A stretch of DNA of 61,016 nt from Minisyncoccia bacterium (lineage in GTDB: Bacteria > Patescibacteriota > Minisyncoccia > Phycocordibacterales > UBA5272). Where the stretch lies: assembly GCA_038326985.1 (NCBI GenBank), contig JBBQKQ010000003.1:1-61016 (forward strand), given 5' to 3'. Below are positions 19,491 through 28,925 of the stretch, one piece after another. The notes beneath the pieces were generated by a model, which ran no database searches, was not told the DNA's origin, and saw only the letters and a list, made by a program, of their open reading frames with translations. Position numbers and translations under genes: made by a program. How positions within the stretch are numbered: position 1 is the stretch's first letter; every line of letters begins with the position of its first letter.

Positions 19491-20864
19491 TTATTTTAAT
19501 TGTCGACTCAGCTCATCTTGAGCATTTTTTATTATCTCACTTGGAGTTTGTCGAGATCCTGAAATTGCTTCTATTATTTGCCCGAACACTTTATTTATTA
19601 AATTTGAAATTGGCTCCATAAGTATGTCTCCTCTTTCAGCAGAACGGTAAATAACATCTTTCACAGGGTCTGTTTGCTCAACAAGCAAATCTTCTTCTCT
19701 TGCTGGTGCTAAGTTATATGCTGCTACAATTTTATTTGCTATTTCTTTACTAGAAATATCTTGTAAAACTTTTTGTGCTAAAGTTGGGTTACGTGCTTTA
19801 GAGGTCATTGCAACCGAGTAGACTTTTGCATAGGCTGTATTTCTAAAATCTGAAGTCACTCCTCCTTTTGGACCTGGAATCAGTGCGAGCTCGTAGTTTA
19901 AGTGCGGATTTTTCTGGTCAATGTATGACTTATCCGATGCAAGCCCAAAGTAAAGACCAAGATTCCCAGATGCAAACAAGTCTCGGTCCATTGGAGCTTT
20001 TTTAGACCAAGTATAGGCATCTTTAATATTTGGGTTTACAAAAGACGTAAAAAATACAAATACCTGTTCTGCAAGTGTGTCATTTTTAACTTTTAAATTT
20101 TCATTGGCGTCTCCTAAAACTGGAGTAAATGACTCTTCATAAGTTGTTCCCTCTTTATTTGTTTTTTCAGCAAAATCCCGAACTATTACATCATTTTTTA
20201 ATTGAAAAAGTAATGTTAATAAAATTTCTCTACCATGTAAGATATTGTTAAGTGAGCCCAAAGCCACGGCACGCTGAACACTGTCAGTTGTTTGGTTTAC
20301 AAACCCTAAAACTCTTGATACATAAAGTGGCATCTCTCCCCAAGTTCCAGGTGGCTTTGAATAACCTGCATTTCCTAAAATATCAAGATTTACATACATC
20401 ACTAGTGGGTCAATCGCTACTGGAAAAGCAAATACTCCAGTTTTACCATAAAGTTTATAAGTCGACCTGGGATAAAGACTTTTAAAACTTTTTTCACTCA
20501 TGAGAGCCTCTGGAAATGCATACTGAAATTGTTTTAAAGGTACTAAAACACTTTCTGATGAAAATAAAAGATCTGGTGCAGCATCAGTTGCCAAAGCCTC
20601 GATAAACTTATCTGCAATTTTGCTTTCTGAAATTTCTGTATATTGTACAGAATAAGTTTTTGAGGTTTGGGAGTATTCAGTTAAAACTGGGTCAATTTGG
20701 GAAGCGGGAAGTGTTCCCCATATTTTAACTACTCCCGTTAAATTTGAATCTTTTCCACTATTACCAAATTTGGAAATCGAAAAAACAAAAATTCCCAAAA
20801 TTGCTAAAACAAATCCCCCTATCATAAAATATTTTCCAAATGTCCCCTGCAAGCTTTGATCCAT
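19491..20864 (-). CDS. Extracellular solute-binding protein (ABC sugar-binding-like)
   Basis: N-terminal TM; VKIWGT, APDL, AFPVAIDPLVMYVN, FASGNLGLYFG. Confidence 0.8.
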   Translation of the reverse strand: MDQSLQGTFGKYFMIGGFVLAILGIFVFSISKFGNSGKDSNLTGVVKIWGTLPASQIDPVLTEYSQTSKTYSVQYTEISESKIADKFIEALATDAAPDLLFSSESVLVPLKQFQYAFPEALMSEKSFKSLYPRSTYKLYGKTGVFAFPVAIDPLVMYVNLDILGNAGYSKPPGTWGEMPLYVSRVLGFVNQTTDSVQRAVALGSLNNILHGREILLTLLFQLKNDVIVRDFAEKTNKEGTTYEESFTPVLGDANENLKVKNDTLAEQVFVFFTSFVNPNIKDAYTWSKKAPMDRDLFASGNLGLYFGLASDKSYIDQKNPHLNYELALIPGPKGGVTSDFRNTAYAKVYSVAMTSKARNPTLAQKVLQDISSKEIANKIVAAYNLAPAREEDLLVEQTDPVKDVIYRSAERGDILMEPISNLINKVFGQIIEAISGSRQTPSEIIKNAQDELSRQLK

Positions 20865-20876
20865 ATTTTTAGTATA

Positions 20877-21425
20877 CTATCTTTTCTCGATTAACAAAAC
20901 AAATTGGTGAGCTCCTTTGTGGATTATGGGATAAACTCCGAAGTTAAGCTCAGAAAAGATTTTCATTACTTCTTCCTCAATTAAAACAGAATTTTTATGA
21001 AGAACAGATTCTCCCAAATGCTTATGCCAATCTACAAACAATATTTTTCCCTTCTTTTTCAAAACTCTCTTCATCTCCATAATGCAAACTTTTTTATATT
21101 TGAGTAAAGAAAATGTATCTCCAATTATTATTGCATCAATTGAGTCGTCACGAAGCCTTGTACCATTTAGACTTTCAATATCTCCCCACACGGTTTTAAT
21201 ATTTTGTAGCTCATGAGCTTTTTCACCTTCTTGTTTTCCAGCTTTTAGCACCTCATCATCCAAATAATCAAGTTTTTCTTTGTGTACGTCAATTGCAAAA
21301 ACTTTTCCTTCGGGTACAAAATGTGAAATTTCTTTTGCAAATTTCCCATTCCCACATCCAAAGTCCGCAACTTGCGAATCTTTTTGTAAACGTAGTTCTT
21401 GAAAATAGTCAGATATTTTTAACAT
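20877..21425 (-). CDS. Class I SAM-dependent methyltransferase
   Basis: VADFGCGNG, KVFAIDV, RVLKKKGKILFVDW. Confidence 0.88.
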   Translation of the reverse strand: MLKISDYFQELRLQKDSQVADFGCGNGKFAKEISHFVPEGKVFAIDVHKEKLDYLDDEVLKAGKQEGEKAHELQNIKTVWGDIESLNGTRLRDDSIDAIIIGDTFSLLKYKKVCIMEMKRVLKKKGKILFVDWHKHLGESVLHKNSVLIEEEVMKIFSELNFGVYPIIHKGAHQFVLLIEKR

Positions 21426-21455
21426 GAAAAATAGTTTATCACGTTTTTATTTATA

Positions 21456-24194
21456 CTACGTTTTAAGTGTTTCCTTATCCTCTCTGCTTTTTTCTTTTTC
21501 TAACATTTTTGTAAGCTCTTCAATTTCGTCGCGCAATATTGCAGCTGTTTCAAAGTCTAGCTCTTTAGCAGCTTGTCTCATTTCTTTTTCTTTTTGTTTC
21601 AAGAGTGTTGAAACTTTTTTACCGGAAAGTTTCATTTCGAGCATTGCCTCGCTGTGAGCTGTTTTTTTAATTATATGTTCCATCCCACTAGTGATGTCAC
21701 TAATTGATTTTAAAATAGTTTTAGGAGTTATACCATGCTCTTTATTGTAGTCTTCCTGTACCTTTCTTCTTCTTTCTGTCTCTCCCATTGCGCGCTCCAT
21801 GCTTCCAGTGATGGAGTCGGCATACAAAATAACCCTACCATTTACGTTTCTCGCAGCTCTACCAATTGTCTGAATAAGAGAAGTTTCACTACGTAGAAAT
21901 CCTTCTTTGTCAGCATCAAGGATTCCAATAAGCGATACCTCTGGCAAATCGAGACCTTCACGAAGTAAGTTTACACCAACAAGAACGTGAAAAGTTTTTC
22001 GTCGAAATTCTGTTAGAATTTGAATTCTTTCAATTGTTTTAATATCGGAGTGGATATACTCAGCTTTTATTTTTCTTTCTTTTAAAAAGTTGGTCAAGTC
22101 TTCAGCCATTTTTTTTGTAAGAGTAGTAGTTAAAACTTGCCCACCACCTTTTACCTCTTTTTCCACTTCTGCAATAAAGTCTTCAATTTGTCCAGGATAT
22201 TTTTTCTCTTCACTTTTTTCTTTATTATTTTTTTGAATAGAAAATCTTTTATCAATAAATTTATTTAAATCAGAAAACGCTTCTAAAATATTTTCTGGAG
22301 GTAAAACTTCTAAAAGTTTTTCTTTACCTTGAAAGCCCCACGCACAACCTAAAATATTTTCTTTTCCAAGCAAATTCTCCAGCTCATAAACATCTGTCTT
22401 GGTATCAGTTACATAAATAATATCTTTTACATCAATTTTCCAAGCTTTTACAATAGTTAATAACTTTTCTTCTTTAGAATGATGATCCTCGTAACAAAGC
22501 ACATGGGAGTATTTTAATTTAGATTTTTTTAGTGCCGGTAAAACATATTTTGCCGACCCGCTTGATACAATTGCTATTCTTGCATTGCTAATTTTTTTAA
22601 TCTCATCTACAAATTCATTAAATAACCGGAAACCAGTCTCCACTAAAAAATCTGCAGTAAAGTCGATCAACTTTCTGAAATGTTCTATCGTGTCGAGTGT
22701 TACATCTTTTGCATGATTTGTTTTGTTGTCAAAATACTCATCTAAAAGAATTTTTGCTTTTTCAAATGTAGTTTCTTCAAACATTGCTCTAGCCTCGATA
22801 ACTCTTTGGTAAGTATTTCCAATTACACCATCAAAATCAAAAACAAAATATTTTTTAACTATTTTTTTCTCACCTTCAGGAAGTACTGGGCGAATTTCTA
22901 AAACCGGGTCAATTAGTCCTGTTGGGCGAATTATTTGTTGCACAATTTGTTCACTTTCTTCAATTTCCATTTTCCCAGGCGTCGCAGAAACATACAATAT
23001 TTGTCCAACACGCTTTTCAAATTCTTCATATTTTAGGGGTCGGTTGTCAAGTGCTGAGGGAAGCCTAAATCCATAATTTACAAGGTTAGTTTTTCTTGCT
23101 TGGTCACCAGCGTACATTCCGTGAAGCTGTGGAAGTGTCACGTGACTTTCGTCAATTACAGTTAAAAACTCTGGGTTACCTTTGTGGTCGTGTGGAAAAT
23201 ACGACAAAAGTGTCTCTGGTGCTTCACCTGGTTTTTTTCCTGAAAGTGGTCGGGAATAATTCTCTATTCCACTACAGTAGCCGACTTCGCGCATCATAGC
23301 CACGTCTTGCATTGTGCGCCTTTTAATTCTATCTGCTTCTAAAAGTTTTCCCTGTTTTTCAAACATTTTTACCTGCTGCTCCATTTCTTTTTGGATTTCT
23401 AAAATGGCTCTACTCATTGTCCTGTCATCTGTGATAAAGTGTTTAGCGGGGAAAAACATTACATTGTCTGTTTCTTCTAAAATAGTCATTGAAACTGGGT
23501 TGAGAATTTGAATCATTGATATTGTCCCCCCACTAAAAAATACGCTCGCCATCCAAGTTTCAGAAACCGGCATAATGTCTACTCTGTTTCCTATCGCTCT
23601 AAATGTTCCACTTTTTAAATCGGCATTGGTTCTTTCAAAGTGAATAGATACTAGTTTTTCCATTAAAGAAAATTTTGTAAAACTGTCTCCAAGGCTCAAA
23701 ATTAAGTTTTCTTTTTTATAGTCTTCTGGACTTCCTAAACCATAAATACAAGATACACTCGCCACTATTAATGTGTCAGCTCTAGTCAAAACATTTTGGG
23801 TAGAGGCATGTCTTAGACGGTCTATCTCTTCGTTTATAGATGCATCTTTTTCAATGTAAGTGTCAGTTGCAGAAACATAGGCTTCTGGCTGATAGTAGTC
23901 ATAGTAAGAAACAAAATAATGTACTTTGTTGTTCGGGAAAAATTCTTTAAACTCTTGTGCGAGCTGCGCTGCTAAAGTTTTGTTGTGGGCAATTACTAAA
24001 GTGGTTTTGTTAAGTTTTTCAACTACATTTGCTACGGTAAAAGTTTTACCACTTCCAGTCACTCCCAAAAGCGTTTGCTTTTTTTGTCCACTTTCAAACC
24101 CTTTTACCAAATCCAAAATTGCCTGAGGCTGGTCTCCTGCTGGCGGCCAGTTGCTGACTACTTTAAATTTTGTATCGGTGTTTCTTTTTATCAC
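21456..24194 (-). CDS. uvrB: Excinuclease ABC subunit B with internal HAD-like domain
   Basis: GVTGSGKT, HNKTLAAQL, FVSYYDYYQPEAY, LLREGLDLPEV, UVR domain; extra ~225 aa from residue ~438. Confidence 0.95.
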   Translation of the reverse strand: MIKRNTDTKFKVVSNWPPAGDQPQAILDLVKGFESGQKKQTLLGVTGSGKTFTVANVVEKLNKTTLVIAHNKTLAAQLAQEFKEFFPNNKVHYFVSYYDYYQPEAYVSATDTYIEKDASINEEIDRLRHASTQNVLTRADTLIVASVSCIYGLGSPEDYKKENLILSLGDSFTKFSLMEKLVSIHFERTNADLKSGTFRAIGNRVDIMPVSETWMASVFFSGGTISMIQILNPVSMTILEETDNVMFFPAKHFITDDRTMSRAILEIQKEMEQQVKMFEKQGKLLEADRIKRRTMQDVAMMREVGYCSGIENYSRPLSGKKPGEAPETLLSYFPHDHKGNPEFLTVIDESHVTLPQLHGMYAGDQARKTNLVNYGFRLPSALDNRPLKYEEFEKRVGQILYVSATPGKMEIEESEQIVQQIIRPTGLIDPVLEIRPVLPEGEKKIVKKYFVFDFDGVIGNTYQRVIEARAMFEETTFEKAKILLDEYFDNKTNHAKDVTLDTIEHFRKLIDFTADFLVETGFRLFNEFVDEIKKISNARIAIVSSGSAKYVLPALKKSKLKYSHVLCYEDHHSKEEKLLTIVKAWKIDVKDIIYVTDTKTDVYELENLLGKENILGCAWGFQGKEKLLEVLPPENILEAFSDLNKFIDKRFSIQKNNKEKSEEKKYPGQIEDFIAEVEKEVKGGGQVLTTTLTKKMAEDLTNFLKERKIKAEYIHSDIKTIERIQILTEFRRKTFHVLVGVNLLREGLDLPEVSLIGILDADKEGFLRSETSLIQTIGRAARNVNGRVILYADSITGSMERAMGETERRRKVQEDYNKEHGITPKTILKSISDITSGMEHIIKKTAHSEAMLEMKLSGKKVSTLLKQKEKEMRQAAKELDFETAAILRDEIEELTKMLEKEKSREDKETLKT

Positions 24195-24297
24195 GTTAAT
24201 ATTTACTACGCTATTTTACCATAAAAAAATGCCCTTCGCAGGACATTTTTTTATTTTAATTTTAAGATATTGATTTAAATCAGCAACATAAGACATT

Positions 24298-24882
24298 TTA
24301 TTTCATTGCTACTTCTTTCGAAACTCCTATAGCAACTTGTTCATCAATCGGAGTTCTTTCAATCTTGTTCATGATACCAATAACTTGGTCTGGGTAAGGT
24401 GCGATAACACTGTTATATGTTCTAAGCTTTTTCCATACTGACTTATTACCATAATAAGAAGATGTAGATTTTATATTTCCACTCAAATGTGCTCCTACTT
24501 TATCAATAGCTTGCTCTTGGGTGTCAAACTTAACTTTACATGATGCCCAACCGAATACATTATCCTTGTCATTCCAACAAGCTTGTTTACCACCCGTACT
24601 CTCACGCATGGCAATAGCAGGAAGAAGTCTATAGTCTAGGTCATACTTATCAGCAACTTCAACGAAGGTTTTACCGTAACCTGCAAGTGGTAAACCATTT
24701 GTGGCAAAATAATTGTTAATATTAGTAACTCTTACATCTTCTTTAGTAACACCAGAAGTGGCAGTATTAATCTCGGCTATAACTGCAGGAAAGAAGTCAA
24801 AGGGTAGGAAACTTAATGTTGCTCCAGAAAAGGTTGCACACAAAGAAATACAAATACTCAATACTTTATTTTTTACTCTCAT
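24298..24882 (-). CDS. Secreted glucosaminidase/lysozyme-like peptidoglycan hydrolase
   Basis: Signal peptide; DYRLLPAIAMRESTGGK...NVFGW. Confidence 0.75.
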   Translation of the reverse strand: MRVKNKVLSICISLCATFSGATLSFLPFDFFPAVIAEINTATSGVTKEDVRVTNINNYFATNGLPLAGYGKTFVEVADKYDLDYRLLPAIAMRESTGGKQACWNDKDNVFGWASCKVKFDTQEQAIDKVGAHLSGNIKSTSSYYGNKSVWKKLRTYNSVIAPYPDQVIGIMNKIERTPIDEQVAIGVSKEVAMK

Positions 24883-24993
24883 ATTATTTTATTTAGGTTT
24901 TAGTGGCATCTGCTCCACAAACTCCGGTTCCGACTTTTGCACTTAACTTTATTACTACCCCGCATAACTTGGGCCAATAAAGTGATGTTTAGT

Positions 24994-25022
24994 ATTCTAG
25001 CCCTTATAACTTGATAAGTCAA
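24994..25022 (-). promoter_or_regulatory. Sigma-70 promoter
   Basis: TTGACT-17nt-TAGAAT, ~105 nt upstream of the hydrolase ATG. Confidence 0.75.
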
Positions 25023-25067
25023 CTACTTTTTACAAAAATATCCTTATTTTATAAGCAAATTTGCTAA

Positions 25068-25111
25068 AAACAAAGGGGTTTTTTGGATTAATCCAAAAAA
25101 CCCCTTTGTTT
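25068..25111. repeat. Perfect 44-bp palindrome without loop
   Basis: aaacaaaggggttttttggatt|aatccaaaaaacccctttgttt. Confidence 0.9.
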
Positions 25112-25189
25112 ACAACAACTATAGCTCTAAAATTCCAAAAAACCCTTTATAAATAAAGGTTTTTAAAAACTTTTTAACAGCCAAAAATC

Positions 25190-27670
25190 CTATTTTCCAT
25201 GACACTTTTTATACTTTTTTCCACTTCCACAAGGACATAAATCATTTCTTCCAATTTCTTTTACTGGCTCCGAATTTTTGGTTACTTCTATTTCTCTAAC
25301 TCCATTATTGTAATTATTTACTCCTTCTTTTAATGAGTGGTACAAAAAGTCGGCAATACTTTTTTCAATAGCAACATTCATTTCTTTAAAAAGTCGTAAA
25401 GACTCTCTTTTATATTCAACCAATGGGTCGTGTTGGCCGTATCCGCGCAACGACACACTACTTCGCAAATGTTCCATGGTGTCCAAATGCGCCATCCAAT
25501 AAAAGTCTATAGATTGCAAAATTGTCTGTTTTGCTCCTTTTAAAAATTCTTCCTCACCGCCTTCCCCCAATATTTTTACTAGTTCATCTCTCTCTGTTTG
25601 TATTTCTGGCTTTAATGCAATAGCTTTGTCTACAAATTCGTTTATTAGTCCGTAGTCATCATTTAATACTTTTTCTCGTTTACTATAAACACTGTCACGC
25701 TGAGTATTGAGAACTGCGTCATACTGAAGAACTTGCTTACGCATGTCAAAGTAAAAGCCCTCTATTTTTGTTTGTGATTGCTCGATTATCCTGTTCACAC
25801 TTTTTGCCTCTATGGGCATTTCCTCAGGAACTTTTAAAGTTTTCATCATACCTTTCATGGTGTCACCTCCAAATCGCTTCATTATTTCATCGTCAAGTGA
25901 CACGAAAAATTGTGTGCCTCCCGCATCTCCTTGTCTTCCAGACCGGCCTCGAAGCTGGTTATCAATTCGTCTTGCCTCATGCCTTTCTGTCCCAATTACA
26001 AATAGCCCGCCCAGTTCACGTACTTTATCAGCCTCTTTCTTGGTTGTTGGTTGACCTCCAAGTTTAATGTCCACTCCACGGCCTGCCATGTTTGTAGCTA
26101 TAACCACACTTCCTTTTTTCCCAGCTTGAGAAATTATTTCTCCTTCACGCTCGTGGTTTTTTGCGTTTAGCATTTCATACTTCACACCCGCGCGGTCAAA
26201 ATATTTCGCCATTCGCTCATTTTTCTCAATAGATGTTGTACCCACTAAAACTGGTTGACCTTTTTCTTGTAACTCTTTAACTTTTACTACTATCGCATTC
26301 CATTTTGCGTTTTCTGTTTGGTAAACAACATCATTCTCATCGATTCTCATAATTACTTTATTGGTAGGAATTGTTACAACAGTCAAACCATATACTTTTT
26401 GAAACTCTTCTTTACTTGTTGTTGCGGTTCCTGTCATTCCGGCGAGTCGCTCGTACATTCTAAAATAGTTTTGGTAAGTAATACTAGCTACAGTTTTACT
26501 TTCTTTTTTTATTTCTACTTTTTCTTTTGCCTCTACCGCCTGGTGCAAACCCTCACTCCAGCGAGTACCAGTTTTAAGACGTCCGGTAAATTCGTCCACG
26601 ATTATTATTTCTCCATCTTTTACAACATAGTCTTTGTCTAATTGATAAATTGCTTTTGCTCGTACCGCGTTTAGTAAATGGTGGACCATTTTAGCATTTT
26701 CTGGACTATAAATATTTGGTATTCCTAAAAGCTGCTCTGTCTTGTCTATCCCAACTTCTGTCATAGTTACTTGTCTTTCTTTTTCCTCTACAATATAGTC
26801 GGTGTCTTTAAAAAGTTGCCCCGCTACCACAGCAAAGTTTTTGTAAACATTTTCATCTTCTCCAGCTTGTGAAGAAATGATAAGTGGGGTGCGCGACTCG
26901 TCAATCAAAATACTGTCCACCTCATCTACAATAGCTGCAAAATGACCTCTCTGAGCAACTTCTTCTTTTCTGTAAACTAAGTTGTCTCGTAAGTAGTCAA
27001 AACCAAACTCTGAATTTGTTCCGTAAGTAATGTCACACGCATACGCTTCTTTTCTATTAACTTTTTCTAAAAAGTCGTAAACTATTTTAAAGCTTCCAAG
27101 TTCATCTTGAACTTTTTCATCTTCCTCTTTTTTTTCAGAACGTATATCAGAGTTATATTTAAAAGACACATCTTGACCAATTATCCCTACACTTAGTCCT
27201 AAATAATCATAAACTTGGCCCATCCACACAGCATCACGCCTTGCCAAATAGTCATTTACCGTAACCACGTGCATTCCTTTTCCTGCCAAGGCTAAAAGAA
27301 AAGTTGGCAGTGTTCCTACAAGAGTCTTTCCTTCACCGGTTCTCATCTCGGCAATACCCCTATTAAAAAGCACTTGCCCACCAATAAGCTGAACATCATG
27401 GTGGCGCTCACCCAAAGTTCTTTTTCCAGCTTCTCTTACTAGCGCAAATACTTCCACTAAAATACTTTCCAAATATTTCAATATTTCTTCCTGATTTTTT
27501 AGCTTCTCAATTTCACTTTTAAAAAACAAAACTCTTTCACGCATTTCTGTTTGCTCAAGCTTTTGAATTTGCGGCTCCAGCGCACTTATTTTATCTACTA
27601 CTTTTTTGTACTTTTTAACTACTTTTTTACTCTCGTTCCCAAAAACGTTTTCTATTATTTTGTTAAACAT
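25190..27670 (-). CDS. secA: Preprotein translocase ATPase SecA
   Basis: EMRTGEGKT, VTVNDYLARRDA, IVDEVDSILIDE, ATNMAGRGVDI, GRSGRQGD, SEC-C CPCGSGKKYKKCH. Confidence 0.98.
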   Translation of the reverse strand: MFNKIIENVFGNESKKVVKKYKKVVDKISALEPQIQKLEQTEMRERVLFFKSEIEKLKNQEEILKYLESILVEVFALVREAGKRTLGERHHDVQLIGGQVLFNRGIAEMRTGEGKTLVGTLPTFLLALAGKGMHVVTVNDYLARRDAVWMGQVYDYLGLSVGIIGQDVSFKYNSDIRSEKKEEDEKVQDELGSFKIVYDFLEKVNRKEAYACDITYGTNSEFGFDYLRDNLVYRKEEVAQRGHFAAIVDEVDSILIDESRTPLIISSQAGEDENVYKNFAVVAGQLFKDTDYIVEEKERQVTMTEVGIDKTEQLLGIPNIYSPENAKMVHHLLNAVRAKAIYQLDKDYVVKDGEIIIVDEFTGRLKTGTRWSEGLHQAVEAKEKVEIKKESKTVASITYQNYFRMYERLAGMTGTATTSKEEFQKVYGLTVVTIPTNKVIMRIDENDVVYQTENAKWNAIVVKVKELQEKGQPVLVGTTSIEKNERMAKYFDRAGVKYEMLNAKNHEREGEIISQAGKKGSVVIATNMAGRGVDIKLGGQPTTKKEADKVRELGGLFVIGTERHEARRIDNQLRGRSGRQGDAGGTQFFVSLDDEIMKRFGGDTMKGMMKTLKVPEEMPIEAKSVNRIIEQSQTKIEGFYFDMRKQVLQYDAVLNTQRDSVYSKREKVLNDDYGLINEFVDKAIALKPEIQTERDELVKILGEGGEEEFLKGAKQTILQSIDFYWMAHLDTMEHLRSSVSLRGYGQHDPLVEYKRESLRLFKEMNVAIEKSIADFLYHSLKEGVNNYNNGVREIEVTKNSEPVKEIGRNDLCPCGSGKKYKKCHGK

Positions 27671-27728
27671 AAATTTGATTTGAATTATACCATATCACAC
27701 ACCGGAAATTATGCAAATTTACAAATTT

Positions 27729-28925
27729 CTATAAATTTCTATAAACTATGAGCCCTTCTTTTAAACAGTCCACCGCTTGCTTAAGTTCATCCTTGTTTAA
27801 CACATAAGCAATCCTAACCTCTTTTTTGCCTAGTCCCGGTGTAATATAGAAACCTGTAGCAGGTGCCATCATTACAGTTACGTTTTGGTAAGAAAAATCT
27901 TTCAACATCCACTCACAAAATTTATCTGAGTCGTCAATTGGAAGAGACGTAATAAGGTAAAATGCACCTTCTGGTTTTCCACAAATTACACCATCAATTT
28001 TATTTAGTTCGTCAACTAAAAAATTTCTTCTTTCTTTATATTCTTAAATAACGTTTTCAAAATAATCATTTTTTGTTTCCAGGGCTGCCTCAGCTACTAG
28101 CTCTGAAAAAGTTGGCACACTTAGTCTTCCTTGTGCAAATTTTAAAACAGCAGACATAACTTCTTTATTTTTACAAACTATTGCACCAATCCTGGCTCCG
28201 CAAGCTGAGTACCTTTTACTTATAGAGTCTACCAATATCGCGTACTCAGCGATACCTTCCAAACTTAAAATAGAAATGAATTTTTTATTTTCGTCATATA
28301 CAAATTCTCTATACACCTCATCAACAATTATAAATAAGTCATGTTTAATACAAAGATCTTTTAAAGTCTCAAGTTCATTTTTTGTATACAAATAACCAGT
28401 TGGGTTGTTAGGATTACAAATCAAAATTACTTTAGTTTTAGATGTAATTTTTTTCTCAAATTCTTCAATCGAAGGTAATGCGAAATTATTTTCTATTTGA
28501 GAAGTCACAGGAATGATTTTAAAACTTCCCATTGTGCAAAAACTACTGTAGTTAGCATAAAATGGTTCTGGGACAATTAGCTCATCTCCCTCGTCCAGAG
28601 TTGCGAATAGTGCAAATACCAATGCCTCTGAGCCACCAGTTGTTATTATTATATCCTTTGCTTCTACCGAAACATCTTTACCGGCGTAATATTTTGCTAA
28701 TTTTTCTCTATATGAAAGCGAGCCTTCTGAAGGTAAATAGGAAAGAATATCGAATTCAAAATTTTTTATAGCTGCGTGAATTTCAATCGGGGTTTTTATA
28801 TCTGGTTGCCCAATATTTAAATGAATAACTTTTATTCCCTTATTTTTTGCCGCATCGGCATAAGGTGCAAGTTTTCGAATTGGGGATTCTGGCACCCGCT
28901 CAGCAATTTTTGATATTTTAGGCAT
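27729..28925 (-). pseudogene. Class I/II PLP aminotransferase with in-frame TAA at 28044-28046
   Basis: HLNIGQPD, NPNNPTG, DEVY, SISKRYSACGARIG; same frame continues ~104 aa (KPEGAFY...EVRIAY) to TAG 27729. Confidence 0.85.

Noticed and set aside
22203-22883. Intein in UvrB
   Set aside because: No Cys/Ser start, His-Asn end or LAGLIDADG blocks; HAD motifs instead.
22865-22895. Seventh repeat copy at UvrB PVLPEGE
   Set aside because: Peptide looks similar, but the DNA lacks the C-rich leader and hairpin.
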